A stretch of 64,000 bases of DNA. Source: Carcharhinus amblyrhynchos. Taxonomy: Eukaryota. The DNA lies in the NCBI GenBank assembly GCA_965287045.1, contig OZ336872.1, forward strand, positions 35,588,001-35,652,000. Reading direction: 5' to 3'. The notes beneath the pieces were generated by a model. It was not told the origin of the DNA. It saw nothing but the letters and a program-made list of their open reading frames with translations, and searched no databases. A program made the position numbers and the translations under genes. How positions within the stretch are numbered: the stretch's first letter is position 1; every line of letters begins with the position of its first letter. Shown here piece after piece: positions 1-13,089 of this stretch.

Positions 1-310
1 GTAGAATACCTGTTCATTGCCGCTTGTGAAATAGTTGGTCTTAGGCCTTTATCTTCTACTTTACTGCTGTTCCTACCTATTCTAGCACTGCGTCGGGATT
101 CTCTTGATCGTGCACTTTGAAAGGCAGAGTCTGAAGAGTCAGAGCCATTGGGATCTTCCCCAATGCTGCAGGATCTGGAACAAAATATCTGTCCTTGTTT
201 TGGTAGGAAAGGTCGTCCAAGTAATGACTTCTTGCAACGTGCACAGCAGAAACACAATTCTGTAGCATGCCAGTGTTGACCATCATATGTCATCTGTCCT
301 TGGTCAATAC
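1..310 (-). CDS. PRICKLE2: PRICKLE2 coding exon (LIM3 and start of the Ser/Arg-rich region); continues beyond the window edge
   Basis: Acceptor tttattttattaag|GT at 310. Translates as (G)[78 protein letters not shown], open to position 1. Phase 1 matches the exon at 12903. Confidence 0.97.
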
Positions 311-1403
311 CTTAATAAAATAAAGAAAATCTTCATTGGATCACTACCTAAGGTTTGTACAAAGCTAACATCAATTTTGAATTTTTAACCTGCTTACATT
401 ATTTGCTTGATCACATAATTGAATTACATGAATAATGCAATTGTGAGGACATGCACAACTAATAACGTGTCTAGTAAAAAGTTTACAATTGTGAGAAATA
501 AAGAACTGTGAACACAATTCTGATTCTTTGTGATTCACTTTATAAACTATATTACTTTAATATTCCTTTTGTGATAAAATGTAGTTTCTACTATATTAAT
601 CAAGTTCCAAAATACACACAATTGAATAATCAGAATTAAAAGGCAAAAGAAATCTTAGCATGCAAGATTTGCATAAAGCCATTCTTCAATTCTGTTTCAT
701 ATAGTAATTTCTACCTATCACTGTTCTACTTCCCTGGAAGCTTTGACGTCTTCATAGAATATGGTTCTACATGCATAACTGCCTTTCTGCACTCTGTCAC
801 CATTATTTATGTGTAAGACTTGACAGTCAGCATATGTTATGACTATTTTTCTCACAGTAAAGTCTGGTCCAGTCCCCACCCAGAAGCCACGTTCACATTT
901 CACAATTCTTGAAAGAATCATTAGATAATATTCAAGAGAGGCAGCCCTGGATGAGTTTTCTCTTCCCTAACCTAAGGGCAATGTTGTCAATTATATCACC
1001 CTCGCTGTAACCCAGCACAAGCCAGAGATTGAGTCTGAGACATTCTTGGCCGATGTGGCTCTTTTACTGACTATTCAATTTCTAGGAAATCTAAATTGCC
1101 TGTATAGATTTTTCAGAGAGTAAATCTGTATAGGTTTGTACAAAAATCGTATCGAATTGGTAGGCATCTGGACAGATTTACAGATTTCATATTGCATTAG
1201 TCGATTATCTTTTCAATAAGTCTACTGGAACTATGAAAAGCATATGACCAATACAGATTTATGCAATATTCTTAATGCACTCCCAATATTATGAACATTT
1301 TGATTTGTAGTAAAATTATGTGATATGGTAAACCATTGAATGCAACATTACTGAATCCAAAGAAATGGCTCAACCTTCCATTTCTATAGCTTTTTTGTAT
1401 TAT

Positions 1404-1730
1404 GAGCAGCGCGGTGGCACAGTGGTTAGCACTGTTGCCTCACATGGCCAGGGACATGGGTTCAATTCCCAGCATGGGTCACTGTCTGCGTGGAGTTTGC
1501 ACATTCTCCTTGCGTTGTGTGAGTTTCCTCTGGGTGCTCTGGTTTCCTCCACAGTCCAAAGATGTGTGGGTTAGGAGGATTGGCCATGCTAAATTGCCCC
1601 TTAGTGTCAGGGGAACTAACAGGGTAAATATGTGGGGTTATAGGGGTAAGGCATGGATGGGAGTGTGGTCGGTGCAGACCTGGTGGGCCGAATGGCCTCC
1701 TTCTTCACTGTAGATCTTCACTATGATTCT
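1404..1730 (+). mobile_element. tRNA-derived V-SINE (HE1-like), full length, CR1-type tail
   Basis: Box A tggcacagtggttagc, box B ggttcaattcc, V-domain gtggagtttgcacattctcc...ggtttcctcc, tail gggccgaatggcctccttc...ctatgattct. Confidence 0.9.
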
Positions 1731-2677
1731 AAATTTAAAGAGTCCTTCGTTATAATTTTGCATGTAGACGATGCACCAACCAGGTTTAATTACTTCCATC
1801 ATAATAAAAGTGACTACAATGTTCATTGCTTGGAAAGGCTGTACAGAAATGCAGACTCTTTTTTTGTTTCAGCCAACAGAATAGTCATCTAGTAGTCTTA
1901 ATGGGTTTTCTAGTCTATTATTACGTGTTGCTGGACATCAGGAGGAGCAGGGGAGGGGTGGGGGGTGTTCAAGGGGTGGGGGAGGGTAGACATGAGGTGG
2001 TCAGACATTAGTGGGGTACAGTTGTGTAAGATGGGGCAGGTTCTGGTCAGGTCATGTCGGACATTGGAGGAAGGGGTTGGACATTGGTGTTGGGGGATGG
2101 GGACAATCCCATTGGGAGTCGGGGAGTTCCACTGAGGGAGGATGGTGCCCCTTCAGGGGTTGGGGTGTGGCAGAGCCCCTTGGGATGGGGCTGGTCTGTC
2201 CTTACAACAGTTACCCAGGATTAGAGGAAGTTTTAATTCTTCTAACTTTTTCTGGGTACCTATTCATGTAACATAGCCGGAACCATCCAAAGTTTGCAAT
2301 TTAGATCACATTTTCAGATAAGTCCCAGGATAGGGCAATTGCCCAGAGAAAATGAGTTTTGGGCAATTGCCATGCAAACCCTTGCCTGGGAAGTTCCAAG
2401 TATCTTTGGGGTACACCCCAAAACTGATGCTGGACAGCTCAGAAGATACAAGTGGCATAATACTTTAATAATTATTAAATCATACAAAAACAATATAATA
2501 AGACACAATTAAATAAATTTTAAATATCTAGTTTAAAAATGAATATTTTCCCAGAATCTGAAAACTTTCAGATCCAATGTGATGATAGTAGCTCTATATT
2601 AGAGCTATTTACTCTCATCCCATTTGCCTTTTGTCTTTGCCCCGTTAATGCAATTTTTTTTTTGATTTGCTTTCCCA

Positions 2678-2748
2678 GGGGACTTTCACAGGAACTTCAT
2701 TGCAATGTTAATGTAAGTCTATTTATGACACTAATAATTAAACTTTGA
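2678..2748 (+). repeat. Isolated SINE/LINE 3' tail fragment (same tail as the SINEs at 9397 and 63240)
   Basis: ggggactttcacaggaacttcattgcaatgttaatgtaag...gacactaataa matches 9623-9686. Confidence 0.7.
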
Positions 2749-3568
2749 AAACTTCCATCTGCAGAAAAGCAAAACTACTGGCATTTTTTAAAATTCAAAT
2801 TTGTGTTTTGTACTTAGGATAAAATGTCAACTTTTTTTTCAAATATTATGATTAATAATATATTTTTATTTTGTAATGATGAGATCCTGTTTGGTGTGTG
2901 CAACCAATTCGTCCTTGACGTGCAAAACCTATCATGTTAAGTCAGCGCAATTAATGTGAAGAAATTCATCCAAAGTATTTGTGAAAAACATTGCTATATT
3001 GTTAATAATTGGGAGGTGTTGTTTCTGAAAGATGGAGAGATAAAAGCTATATAAAAAGCAGAGTTCGAGGGTTCCAGTGATATTATTACAACTCAGTCAC
3101 AGCAAGCCTGACCCTGCGGCAATACGTCAGCAAGCAACATTAAGTGCAGGCCCCAAGGTGGGCCAGCACGTGCTGGCTCAGGGAAACAAAAGGACACCAC
3201 AACAGCCAGTCCTATGGAGACAGGTGAGAAACCTAAAGTCAAAGCTGCCAGACCCAAGAACTCTGAGAGACAGAAATCCCTTTCATTGACTCTCGTATGG
3301 AATGTTGGGGCAATTTTCTTGGAGCCAAAAGAGAAAAAGCAGCTGTTGAAAAACTATGGTTGAAATTTTATGTGCGAATAACTGTGGCAGTGGCAGTAGG
3401 GGGTGCAAATGGCATAATCAGTCGCATTGGACAAGAACTCGCCACATTCAAGCAGGCCTGCATGAAGACTTCATTATGAGCAATACTGTGACTCAATCTC
3501 CTATGATGAGTATGTTAAACAGGAATATGAAAGCACTGATTATGAGTATGATTGATTCATACCCTCAA

Positions 3569-3965
3569 TTTTGATTTGATTTATTGTCACATGTATTAAC
3601 ATACAGTGAAAAGTATTGTTTCTTCCATGCTATACAGATAAAACATACCATTCATAGAGAAGGAAACAAGGGAATGCAGAATATAGTATTACAGTCATAG
3701 CTGGAGTGTAGAGAAAGGTCAGCTTAATGCAATGTAGGTCCATTCAAAAGTCTGATAGCAGCAGGGAAGAAGCTGTTCTTGAGTCAGTTGGTATGTGACC
3801 TCAGACTTTCGTATCTTTTTCCTGAAGGAAGAAGGTGGAAGGGAGAATGTCCAGGGTGTGCGGGGTCCTTAGTTATGCAGGCTGTTTTGCTGAGGCAGTG
3901 GGAAATGTAGGCAGAATCAATGAATGAGAGGCTGGTTTGCATGACGGATTGGGTTACATTCACGA
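3569..3965 (-). mobile_element. Rex1/Babar-like LINE 3' fragment nested in the DIRS element
   Basis: Minus strand encodes CITKDPAHPGHSPFHLLPSGKRYESLRSHTN*LKNSFFPAAIRLLN, the typical Rex1 ORF end. aataaatcaaatcaaa tail. Flanked by cctcaa at 3563-3568 and 3966-3971. Confidence 0.8.
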
Positions 3966-4579
3966 CCTCAAGTGGAGCAGTCCAGATCCAGATTCTGACA
4001 GTACTCCTCTGATCAAAAATGGACCATCCATGGAAAAGCAATCAGCTGTTGGTGACGAAACTACAAAACAGCATGAAAAACAGTCAATCGGTTTCACATT
4101 GGGATTTGTGTCCACCTCTGAGGAGGGAGATCCACTGAGTGATGAAAGTGTGGAGAATGAGAGTATTTAAAACAAGTCCCCTGGAGGAGATGTACATTTT
4201 AGAAACATGCTAGAAGTACCTCAGGTCAGGTCGTTGTAATCTAGTATGCCCAAAGGTGAATGAATCACTTCATTTGGGAAAACCAGAATCACTCAGTCCA
4301 CAATTTGGACATGGAACTTCAGAGGTGGTGAAGGCCCATTGTAAAGGGGGGCGGGGGGCGGGGGGCGAGGGGTGAGGGGCGGGGGTGGGGGTGGTTGGTC
4401 ACAGCATTCTTGAAATCTACAAATGATGGCTCGCTTAGTGAAACAGAACTGGATGCTGTTGTTCTACTAGCCAATGCAAGCTTCGAGCTGAACCAGCTCA
4501 GGAATAATCTAATAAAGTCTGATCACAGCTTGAGATACACACATGGTGCAAACAGAGTTTAAAGATAACATGTGCGAAT

Positions 4580-4653
4580 GTAAGAATTAGGAGCAGGAGT
4601 AAGCCAAATTGGTCCCTTCAGCCTGCTCTGCCATTCATTATCATGACTGATCT
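4580..4653 (-). repeat. Short CR1 3'-tail fragment nested in DIRS
   Basis: Reverse complement resembles the CR1 tail at 16495-16580 (agatcagccatga...actcctgctcctaattctta). Confidence 0.65.
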
Positions 4654-5291
4654 GCACAATGGCCCTTTGGAGGTTATCTCAGTAGGACTGTGAAAGAAAT
4701 GGACAAGGAACATATGATGAGGAACTGCACTCAGTTCAAAGCATGTTACAACATATATTGCAGTATTGCAAGCAGGCATTTTCTCATCAGAAATAGCAAG
4801 GTCCCATCCAAGGGGAAAGAACCACAGGCTTTTTTAAGGGACAAACATCTTTTCAACCAGTCAAAGTATCTGCAGAACAGCCATGGACAGGTACAAAGAT
4901 TCCCCATGAAACAACTGCAGAAACCACCTGCCACCCATCAGCTGGCAGACAAACTCCAGCTGAGCCAGAAAAACTTTCAACCTCAACAGCCTGTACTGAG
5001 GCATCTCAAGTAGGTAAAAGAACGCGGTCTTATTTTCATGTTGCAACTGAAATTGAGCATATCAGAGGTCGACAGAGCAGCCACAAAGATGCTGGAAAAA
5101 AGAACACTGGGTCAAATCATTTTAAACATTGATTCTGGATATGAATTACAATTAAATGGCTCAGTTGAGCAAATTTTATACCTCTACTTTACAAATTGAA
5201 CAGTGAAGAAATAAAAGCTGTTTATGAAAAAAAATTTAGACTTTCAATACAAAGATGTGTTTGAAAAGATTATGCTCGAGCATGGAGACTC

Positions 5292-5405
5292 AGGGCAAGA
5301 TTTTACCAACTGTTCATACCATGCTCCCACTGCAGTGAAGTCAGAGGACTTGGCTCCTAGTCAAATTTCTGTTCACTGCAGCAGGAATGGTAAAATCCCA
5401 CTGGC
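5292..5405. mobile_element. MITE-like fragment related to 13726-13847, nested in DIRS
   Basis: caaatttctgttcactgcagc is the reverse complement of gctgcagtgaatggagatttg at 13772; begins gggcaagattttacc. Confidence 0.5.
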
Positions 5406-8400
5406 ATGAATGGCTGCAACATTTCAGCCTATGTATCAAGTATTTTCACTCAGCGGGAAAAAGGTGGCTATCACATGATTCTAGATCTTTAAATCTGCCT
5501 AAACATAGAAAATACTATCATTTTAAAATGGACAATTTAGACATTGCTGTACAAGAGCTTACCAATGGCTGTTTCATGGCCTTAATAGAACAATACCAAT
5601 TGCAAGATGACAGAGAAAATACCTAAAATTCAGATGGAAAGAGATAAAATGGCAATTTAGAGCCTTACCAAATGGGTTGAGCTACACCACTATTTGCAAT
5701 TATGAGGAACAAAGATCACCATACTGCACTGGTATAGAAAGATGATACCTTCCTTGTTGGCAAAGCAAAATAGGGAGCAATCTGATGCAGTCAGAGAAAC
5801 AGCCATGATACTGTCTGCCTTTGGTTCTGTCATGCACCCATATAGATCTATACTTGACCCAGTACACAGTGTTACTTTTTTAAGCTATATCCTGAACTCC
5901 ACAATGAAAATAAGGCTCACTGAAGAAAAATCAGAGGAAATATGTTGTTGGCCTCACATCAACCATCAATGCAAATAGTTTCCTCTGTGATTGGCAAATT
6001 GGTGGCTGCTTTTCTATGGTGTACAATATGGTGCTCGAAAAGGAAACAAAATGGATTTTGAAAGACAACAAAAAGGTATTTTGATAGAAAGTGATTCTTT
6101 CCCTTGCAGCATATGATGAGCTAACTTGGTGTCAACTACAGTCAGCACCAGTGATAAAGGATCAACAGTACACATCACAAGCAATGATTTAGGATGGGAT
6201 GTATCCAATGGTACCCCACACACGTTGGAGAAAGATGGAATGCTGAAGAGAAGGCATGAGCAGAAAAAAGTGACATTAATTACTTGAAACTGAAAGCTAC
6301 TTTCTTTGCCTTTAAAGCTTTTTGTACACCTAACAGCTATGCAACTAGATAACATAACTACAGTGGGATGCATAAATAATATAGGAGGAACAAAATCACA
6401 GGCATGAAACAAACTAGTCAAGATTTTCTGGAAATGGTGTCAACCTAGACATATTTGAGTCACTCCAAAACATTTGTCTAATCTCTTCAATCAAATAGCT
6501 GATGAAAAATCAAGAAAATTCAACGACCAGGTGGAATGGAAGTTAGGTGGGATTAATTATCTACAGCTGTAGGAAATCAGACGTTGATCTTGTTGCATTA
6601 TGTTTAAATGCACTGGTAGAATACTGTGTGTTTTGATTACCAGACTGTAGATGCCATGGCAACAGACGCTTTTTTAATCACTTGCCAAATCCATTTCTTT
6701 TATGTATTTCCCCACTTATTCCTCATTAGGGGATGTTTATAGAAAATTGAAAGAAGGAAGTTGATGGTTTTATGATAGCACTGAGATGGCCAACATATCT
6801 ATTGCACTAGTGCAAGGACCAGTGATACTCCCAACAATTAATTTAATTTCTCAACCTACTTCAAAACTATATCACCCCACTTTATGAGTGTCTTAACCTT
6901 ATACTCTACAGGTTTTCAAAAAAAAACCTACAAGACAAGGAGTTTTCAGCAGAAACTGCCAACATCATCCTATCTGCCTGGCGGCCATCGACCTGGAAGC
7001 AGTACACTATTTGCATCAAGAAATGGATGGATTTTTGCAGTGGACAATAAATTAATCCACTGCAAATATCTGTCGACAATGTTTAGAAATTTTTAACTTC
7101 ATCAGGCTACAATGCCATGAACACAACAAAGTAAGATTTGTCTTTGTTGTGCTGCCAGATAAGCACACTTTGGGCTCACATCCACTGGTCACTCATTTTA
7201 TGAGAGGAGTGTACAACCTCAAAGCACCAGTGCCAATACAAAATACTATGCGGAATGTGAAGTCTGTGCTAGGCTACCTCCCACAACTTTCATCTGTTTT
7301 TGTCACTATATCATCAAGAATTGTCAATGAAAACATGTACGTTGATTGATTTGGTGTCTGTACAGCATCAATAGACCATGCATCTCCTAGACACTAACAA
7401 CGTGCAAACTATCCTCTGTCTTTTACATTTCAAGTGAATATTCTTTTGTAACAAAACAAACCAGGGAAAACTGTTGCCAATTTGTGTTGAAGGCATTTCA
7501 TCATGCTTATGTGTTGATGAACAATTGTCAGAATATTTGCTTCATAACTAACGCCTTCAAAACAGTGAGAAAAACATTTACCAAAGAACCACTACTGACA
7601 CTATAGCTAAATGGATACATCATATCATTATCAGAGCTGGAATTGACACTTACGCGTTCAAACCTCATTATACAAAAGTTGCAATCAGATCTAAAGGTAC
7701 ATTAGCCACGATCAGTTAAAAAACTTTTCAGACCATTTACAATAAACCAATGAAGGATAATGTCAATACATTTTCAATGGCAATCTTGTTTGTAGGACTA
7801 GAACTTCAATCGTGCCCGCTTTAATTAAGGGACAAGCATTTAAGAATAGTGCTGTGTTAGAATTAAAGGTTTGAACAGTTCTTCACGTTTTGAATTAGAA
7901 GCAACGTGATTCTCAGGAGAGGTGAAATGCTTAATTTCTCTATGTACTTGGATTTACAATACCTAAACAGATGAAGCACAGTGTTGGGCATTACTGTCTC
8001 CATTTTGCTACATGTGCAACAGTCAGTAGATTGCTTTAAAACAGCTACAAACTGTAAATTTGACTAGATTTGTTATTCATAGAGCTGGCATTGCAAGGCC
8101 AGAAAATCTCACATTATTTTGAATGAGCAATGTTACAAAATAAAATCAAAAGTTGTAATGGGAACCTACCCATTTGATGTTTAATATTGATTTTATGAAG
8201 CAGGTGAAGAAAGAGATAATGTGCTCTTCACTTCCTCCCATGATTTTTGCAAGTTGCATTGAATTACGTCACAGGTATATGTTTTCATGTATATTTTGTT
8301 ACTGATTCCATGTGCCACCATTCACTGCCATGTACAAAATGGAATTCAATACTTGGTACCGAGAGTTCATAAGCTCTGACCTCACTTTTAAGACCAGCTG

Positions 8401-8715
8401 TGCATGTGCAAATGGAATCTCAAATAATTTCGCACTCCTCACATTTCATAAAAATCAAAATCAACCATTGAACAGGTAAATTTTTATTTAACCTTTCTAT
8501 TTTACTGCCTAATGTCCTGCTCTTTGGGGAAAAGACAAGAAACAGTTGTTAAATTGAAAAGTATTTAAACTGACATTGCACACGGGTAAACCTTCTTTTG
8601 CCTTTTTACACTTGGCTTAACATGCTAAGGAACATATAACTCTTGGGTGCTTGCCACATTTTTAAATCAACATCTTTGCTGATACATGTACCTGGTGTAT
8701 AAAGTTCAACATAGA

Positions 8716-11000
8716 GGGCTAGAAATGTGTTTGCCCAATTTTTTGGGCCTGGTTTGGGTCACAGTTTGTCACTGGCTCTGTGGGAGGTGCAAATTTGATG
8801 CTGCTGTGTCATTACCATGACTGTAGCATGAATTAAGTGCTTTCCCTCACTGCTTGCTGCCTCATAGTATTGCCAGCTACTACTATGTTCAGTTGGGGGC
8901 AATCAGTATTCTGCTCATAGCACATGATGCATCCAGTCTGCTCTTCTTGAAAGCAGTCTTTCCTTCTTAAAGGGAAGATGCGGTGAATAATGTTGCTATA
9001 ATTAAAAGCATGGAAATTGCAATACTAGGTTAGTAGAGATCAGAGACTAATAGTTGCAGTACTGGATGCATTATTGGTGGGAGTAGGCAGACAGCGAGAT
9101 GCCATGGTTGTGTGGGGGACCAGCAGATCCTCCAGGATCCCACTCAGAAAGGATTGGGAGCAGGTGGCCAGGGATGTGAACTCCCAGCCACCAGCACCTG
9201 ACACCAATGCCAGAAGAAGTGTAATGACCTCACTCAGGTGGCCAGGGATAGGGATGGCATCCTTGTATGATATCAATACCAATGTGCCGAATACCAATCA
9301 ATCCCTCATTCTACTGAATAAACCACAAGTTCAACATGCCCATCAGCTCCCTCTGGCATTGAAGTCGATCCTAACTTCCTGATATGCTGCCAACTCAGCA
9401 GCACAATGGCTAGTACTATTGCCTCACAGCGCCAGGGACTGGGTTCGACTCCCAGCTTGGGTCACTGTCTGTGTGGAGTCTGCACGTTCTCCCAGTGTCT
9501 GCATGGGTTTCCTCTCTGTGCTCCCGTTTCCTCCCACAGTCCGAAAAATGTGCTGGTTAGGTGCACTGGCCAAGCTAAATTCTCCTTCAGTGTACCTGAA
9601 CAAGTGCTGGAGGGTGGTGACCAGGGGATTTTCACAGTAACTTAATTGCAGTGTTAATGTAAGCTTACTTGTGACTAATAAATAAAACTACCAATGGTTC
9701 CAGTCTCACACCCAGCATCCACATACCTCCAGCTATTCAGGTATGGCAGGTACATTACCCAATACACTGAAACACAATCTCTTGCATCTCTGTCCTCTTT
9801 CAAGCAAGTCAATGTGGTGCAAAATAGAAGGAGCAGAGAAGAATCATTACAGGACAAGGTTGGTTACATCTCCTAAGCCTTGCAGATGGCTCCTGGCATC
9901 ATGAGACTAGCTGGGACAAGGAATGGGGTTTTGCAGTCTCTCTGTAGCGAGACTGGAAATTACCACCGACGTCAAAGGACATTTCCATTGTCAACTTCTC
10001 ACCCACTCCGATTCCGTGATGGGCTAGGTGGTAGAGTTCTGGCAAAGGTTTTTGGCATCCAATGTCACCAAGAACATTGAGGATGAAAACATGTCCTTTC
10101 TCAAATTCTGACATACTGTGGTCCTGCTACCTGGAATCATGAACAAGCTGCTGCTGGTGTGGCCAGGTGCTTCTTTCTTTCCACTTCACCCCCATTCCCT
10201 GACCCCAAAGAACTGTCACTTGCTCAGCTATAGTAGTCACATGAAGGAGAAAGCAGCTGCTTGGCATTGATGAAGAGTCCTCATTACTTATTTTGACAAT
10301 CACAAGCCATCAGCTTAGATATTGAGGCTAGCATGGAATTGGGATCAGCATGGGGTGAATCAACCAGTCTTGAATGGGGTGCACCAGGCAAGGCGGAAAG
10401 AGTGATTTGTATTGCAATTCACTAGAGGCGAGGTCGCAGATGGGTTCTGCTGCCGAAAACTCAGATGAGGACTTTGATGGGACACCATGCAGGAAAGTGC
10501 TGATGGACATGAACTTCATAAGTGCATTGAATGGCCAGAAGAGAAGCAAAAGAGGGGGAGGAATCCTTCGAAAATCCATTAATGACTTGGTCGACCTTAT
10601 TATGACCCCATCTCCTGTTACTGTCAAGGAGTTTGGAATCTGGCTCCAAATTTGAAGATTGTATATTGCAGAAGCCCTTGCTCTCTCCACAGCCTCTACT
10701 CCACCTACCTACCATGCAGCAGGCTCAGATGCACTCTCACTACTGCTGCCATTCCTATTATAGCCTTTGTGTGGACAGGGCACTAAATCCCCTGCTCTTC
10801 CTGTCAGGATGAAGCAACGTTCTGGTAAATCCAGGAACTCACCACAACGCCTCAAAACACTCCAGAGTACTTCCAGAGAATTTGAAATTGCAGAAGTTAT
10901 TCAAAATGACCTGAGCTGCAATTTAGGTGCATGGCCTTTTAAGAAACACTACTGCGGGGCCCATCTTGCAACTTGGTGCTTGATGTTTGCAGTGACACAT
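8716..11000 (+). mobile_element. Decayed PIF/Harbinger-like element with a Myb/SANT-like ORF remnant; right boundary uncertain
   Basis: LRKDWEQVARDVNS...QCQKKCNDLT at ~9140-9235 resembles Harbinger Myb/SANT proteins; starts with a gggctagaaat TIR-like end. Confidence 0.5.
9397..9688 (+). mobile_element. tRNA-derived V-SINE with alternative (non-CR1-type) tail
   Basis: Box B ggttcgactccc, V-domain, tail ggattttcacagtaacttaattgcagtgttaatgtaagcttacttgtgactaataaataaa. Confidence 0.85.
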
Positions 11001-11484
11001 AAATTAATTGACCAAGACCTGTGAGGTCCACAAGAGATATCCTGGCATCACATCAGCTGGTTAAACTGTGTGACATCAGGATAGCACTCCTTCACAGGTT
11101 TGCAGTGCACATTGGTCTGCCTGTATGGCTGCCCTTCTCAAGAGAACAATACACATTCAAGCAGCTTCAGAATAGCATGGCATCAGACCTCCATAAAGCT
11201 GTCTGCACCCAGAAAGCACTAAAATTAAATAACTACTTTCCAGAGGTGAATGGCATTAAAATATATTGAGTTAAGCCTGTTTGATTTTTCTTGCAGTACA
11301 TTAAAACAACTATGAGAAATGAAGTGATGCAAAAACAAAAGTCGAAATTGGAGAAAAATAGTAAAGAGTGACTACAGTATAACTAAGCTCTCCATAAGAA
11401 TAGTAAAGGGCAATGAAGAATCAAAATTAAGGATTTGGGTGAAAATGGACAAAGATAGGTGCAAATGCAAATATATGAGGCCAT

Positions 11485-12005
11485 ATATTCATATAATGCC
11501 TTTAATGTAATGAAACATCCCAAGATGTTTTACAGAAGTAATATGAAAAAAAGTATGACACCAACCAATGTAAGGAGCTATTAGGTCAGTTGATCAAAAG
11601 TTTAGTCAAAGATGTAGTGTTAAGGACAGTCTTAAAGGAGGAAAGTGAGGTGGAGAGGTACAGGGAGGGAATTCCAGAGGTGGGGTTACTGAAGGCAGGT
11701 CCACCAATGATGGAGAAATTCCAAATGCAGATGCAAAAGAGGCCAATATTAGAGGAGTTCAGGTATTTCCGACTGGAGGAGATTATAAAGACAGGGAGGG
11801 GTGAGGCCTTGGAGGCATTTGAAAACAAGGATACGAATTTTGATATCACGGTGTTGTTTGATCCAAAGCAAATGTAGGTCAGTGAGCACACTAGTGATAG
11901 GGAATGGGACTTGCTGCAAGTTAAGACATGGGCAGCAGTGTTTTGGATGACCTCAAGTTCACAGAGGATAGAATGTGAGGAGGTCAATAGGGATTTGGAT
12001 TTAAT
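11485..12005 (-). mobile_element. L2-like LINE 3' fragment
   Basis: Minus-strand peptide LEVIQNTAAHVLTCSKSH...STSLSSFKTVLNTT resembles the L2 ORF2 C-terminus. Confidence 0.7.
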
Positions 12006-12484
12006 AAATTGGACATACATGAGAAAAACACTGTATACGTGCAGTTAGAATGCTGTATGTGGTTTTGTAGCTATTAGAAAAATGACTTGAAAACAATGGA
12101 AAACATCCAGCAAAGAGTCACCAAAATGATATAGGGATTGGTCACTAGGTTTGTCAGACTGTGACTATTTCCACTGGAGAAGAAGAGACCAAAAGCAGAT
12201 TCAACTTTAAAAAATTATGATGAGTTTGATGGAATAAATAGGGAAAAACTATTTTCTCCAGCTAAAGAATTGGCGAATTGGAATTAACAGTTTAAAACTG
12301 TTACTAGGAAATTGGAGGAGAAAGTTAATTACAAAGGGTTTTTGGAGTATGCAGTGTTTTCCCATGAAGAGGCAGAGACCAATGCTTCTTGTAAGGAAAA
12401 TTAGATGAATACTTTAAACAAAAAAAATGAGTAGGCCTATGAGGTGGGTGTACTCAGAGGCATTACTTTAGAATTGTTCAACTC

Positions 12485-12765
12485 CTGTGTGGAGTTTGCA
12501 CATTCTCCCTGTGTCTGTGCGTGTTTCCTCCAAGTGTTCCAGTTTCCTCCCAAAGCCCAAAGATGTGCAGGTTAGGTGGACTGATCATGCTAAGTTGCTC
12601 CTTATTGTCCAAAAACATGTAGGTTAAGATGGATTAGCCATGATAAATTTATGGGGTTATAGGGACAAGGTGGAGGAGAGGACCTGGTAAGATACTCTGT
12701 CTGTGAGTCGGCGTAGACTTGATGTGCCAAATGGCCTCTTCTACCATTGTAGGGATTTTATGATA
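12485..12765 (+). mobile_element. 5'-truncated V-SINE (HE1-like)
   Basis: V-domain tgtgtggagtttgcacattctccctgtgtctg and tail aatggcctcttctaccattgtagggattttatgat. Confidence 0.85.
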
Positions 12766-12894
12766 CAAAAAAATCAGCAACACGATAGCACAACTTGTCA
12801 TATTCTGTTTACAAAGTTTTATGACTTAATATTCAAAATAAGTCTGGTGAAAACACAAAACATACCAGCATTTATTATTTTGTCAAGCATGTTA

Positions 12895-13089
<195 letters not shown>

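Larger units (their letters stand above)
2864..8490 (+). mobile_element. Degenerate DIRS-type tyrosine-recombinase retrotransposon
   Basis: RT remnant (SLNLPKHRKYYHFKMDNLDIAVQELTNGCFMALI, ~5480-5590). YR remnants (LGSHPLVTHFMRGVYNLKAPVP ~7170-7235; TDTIAKWIHHIIIRAGIDTYAFKPHYTK ~7594-7678). ICR at 8133-8200 complementary to both ends. Many stops and frameshifts. Confidence 0.85.

Noticed and set aside
77-286. 69-aa minus-strand ORF in the track
   Set aside because: Out-of-frame shadow of the real PRICKLE2 exon, which is read in another frame from the acceptor at 310.
718-921. 67-aa minus ORF as a possible extra PRICKLE2 exon
   Set aside because: No recognisable homology, a stop precedes the nearby donor-like site, and the flanking exons already join in phase.
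1404-1480. tRNA-like sequences (also at 9397, 50803, 57330)
   Set aside because: They are SINE heads continuing into V or Deu domains, without a complete cloverleaf.
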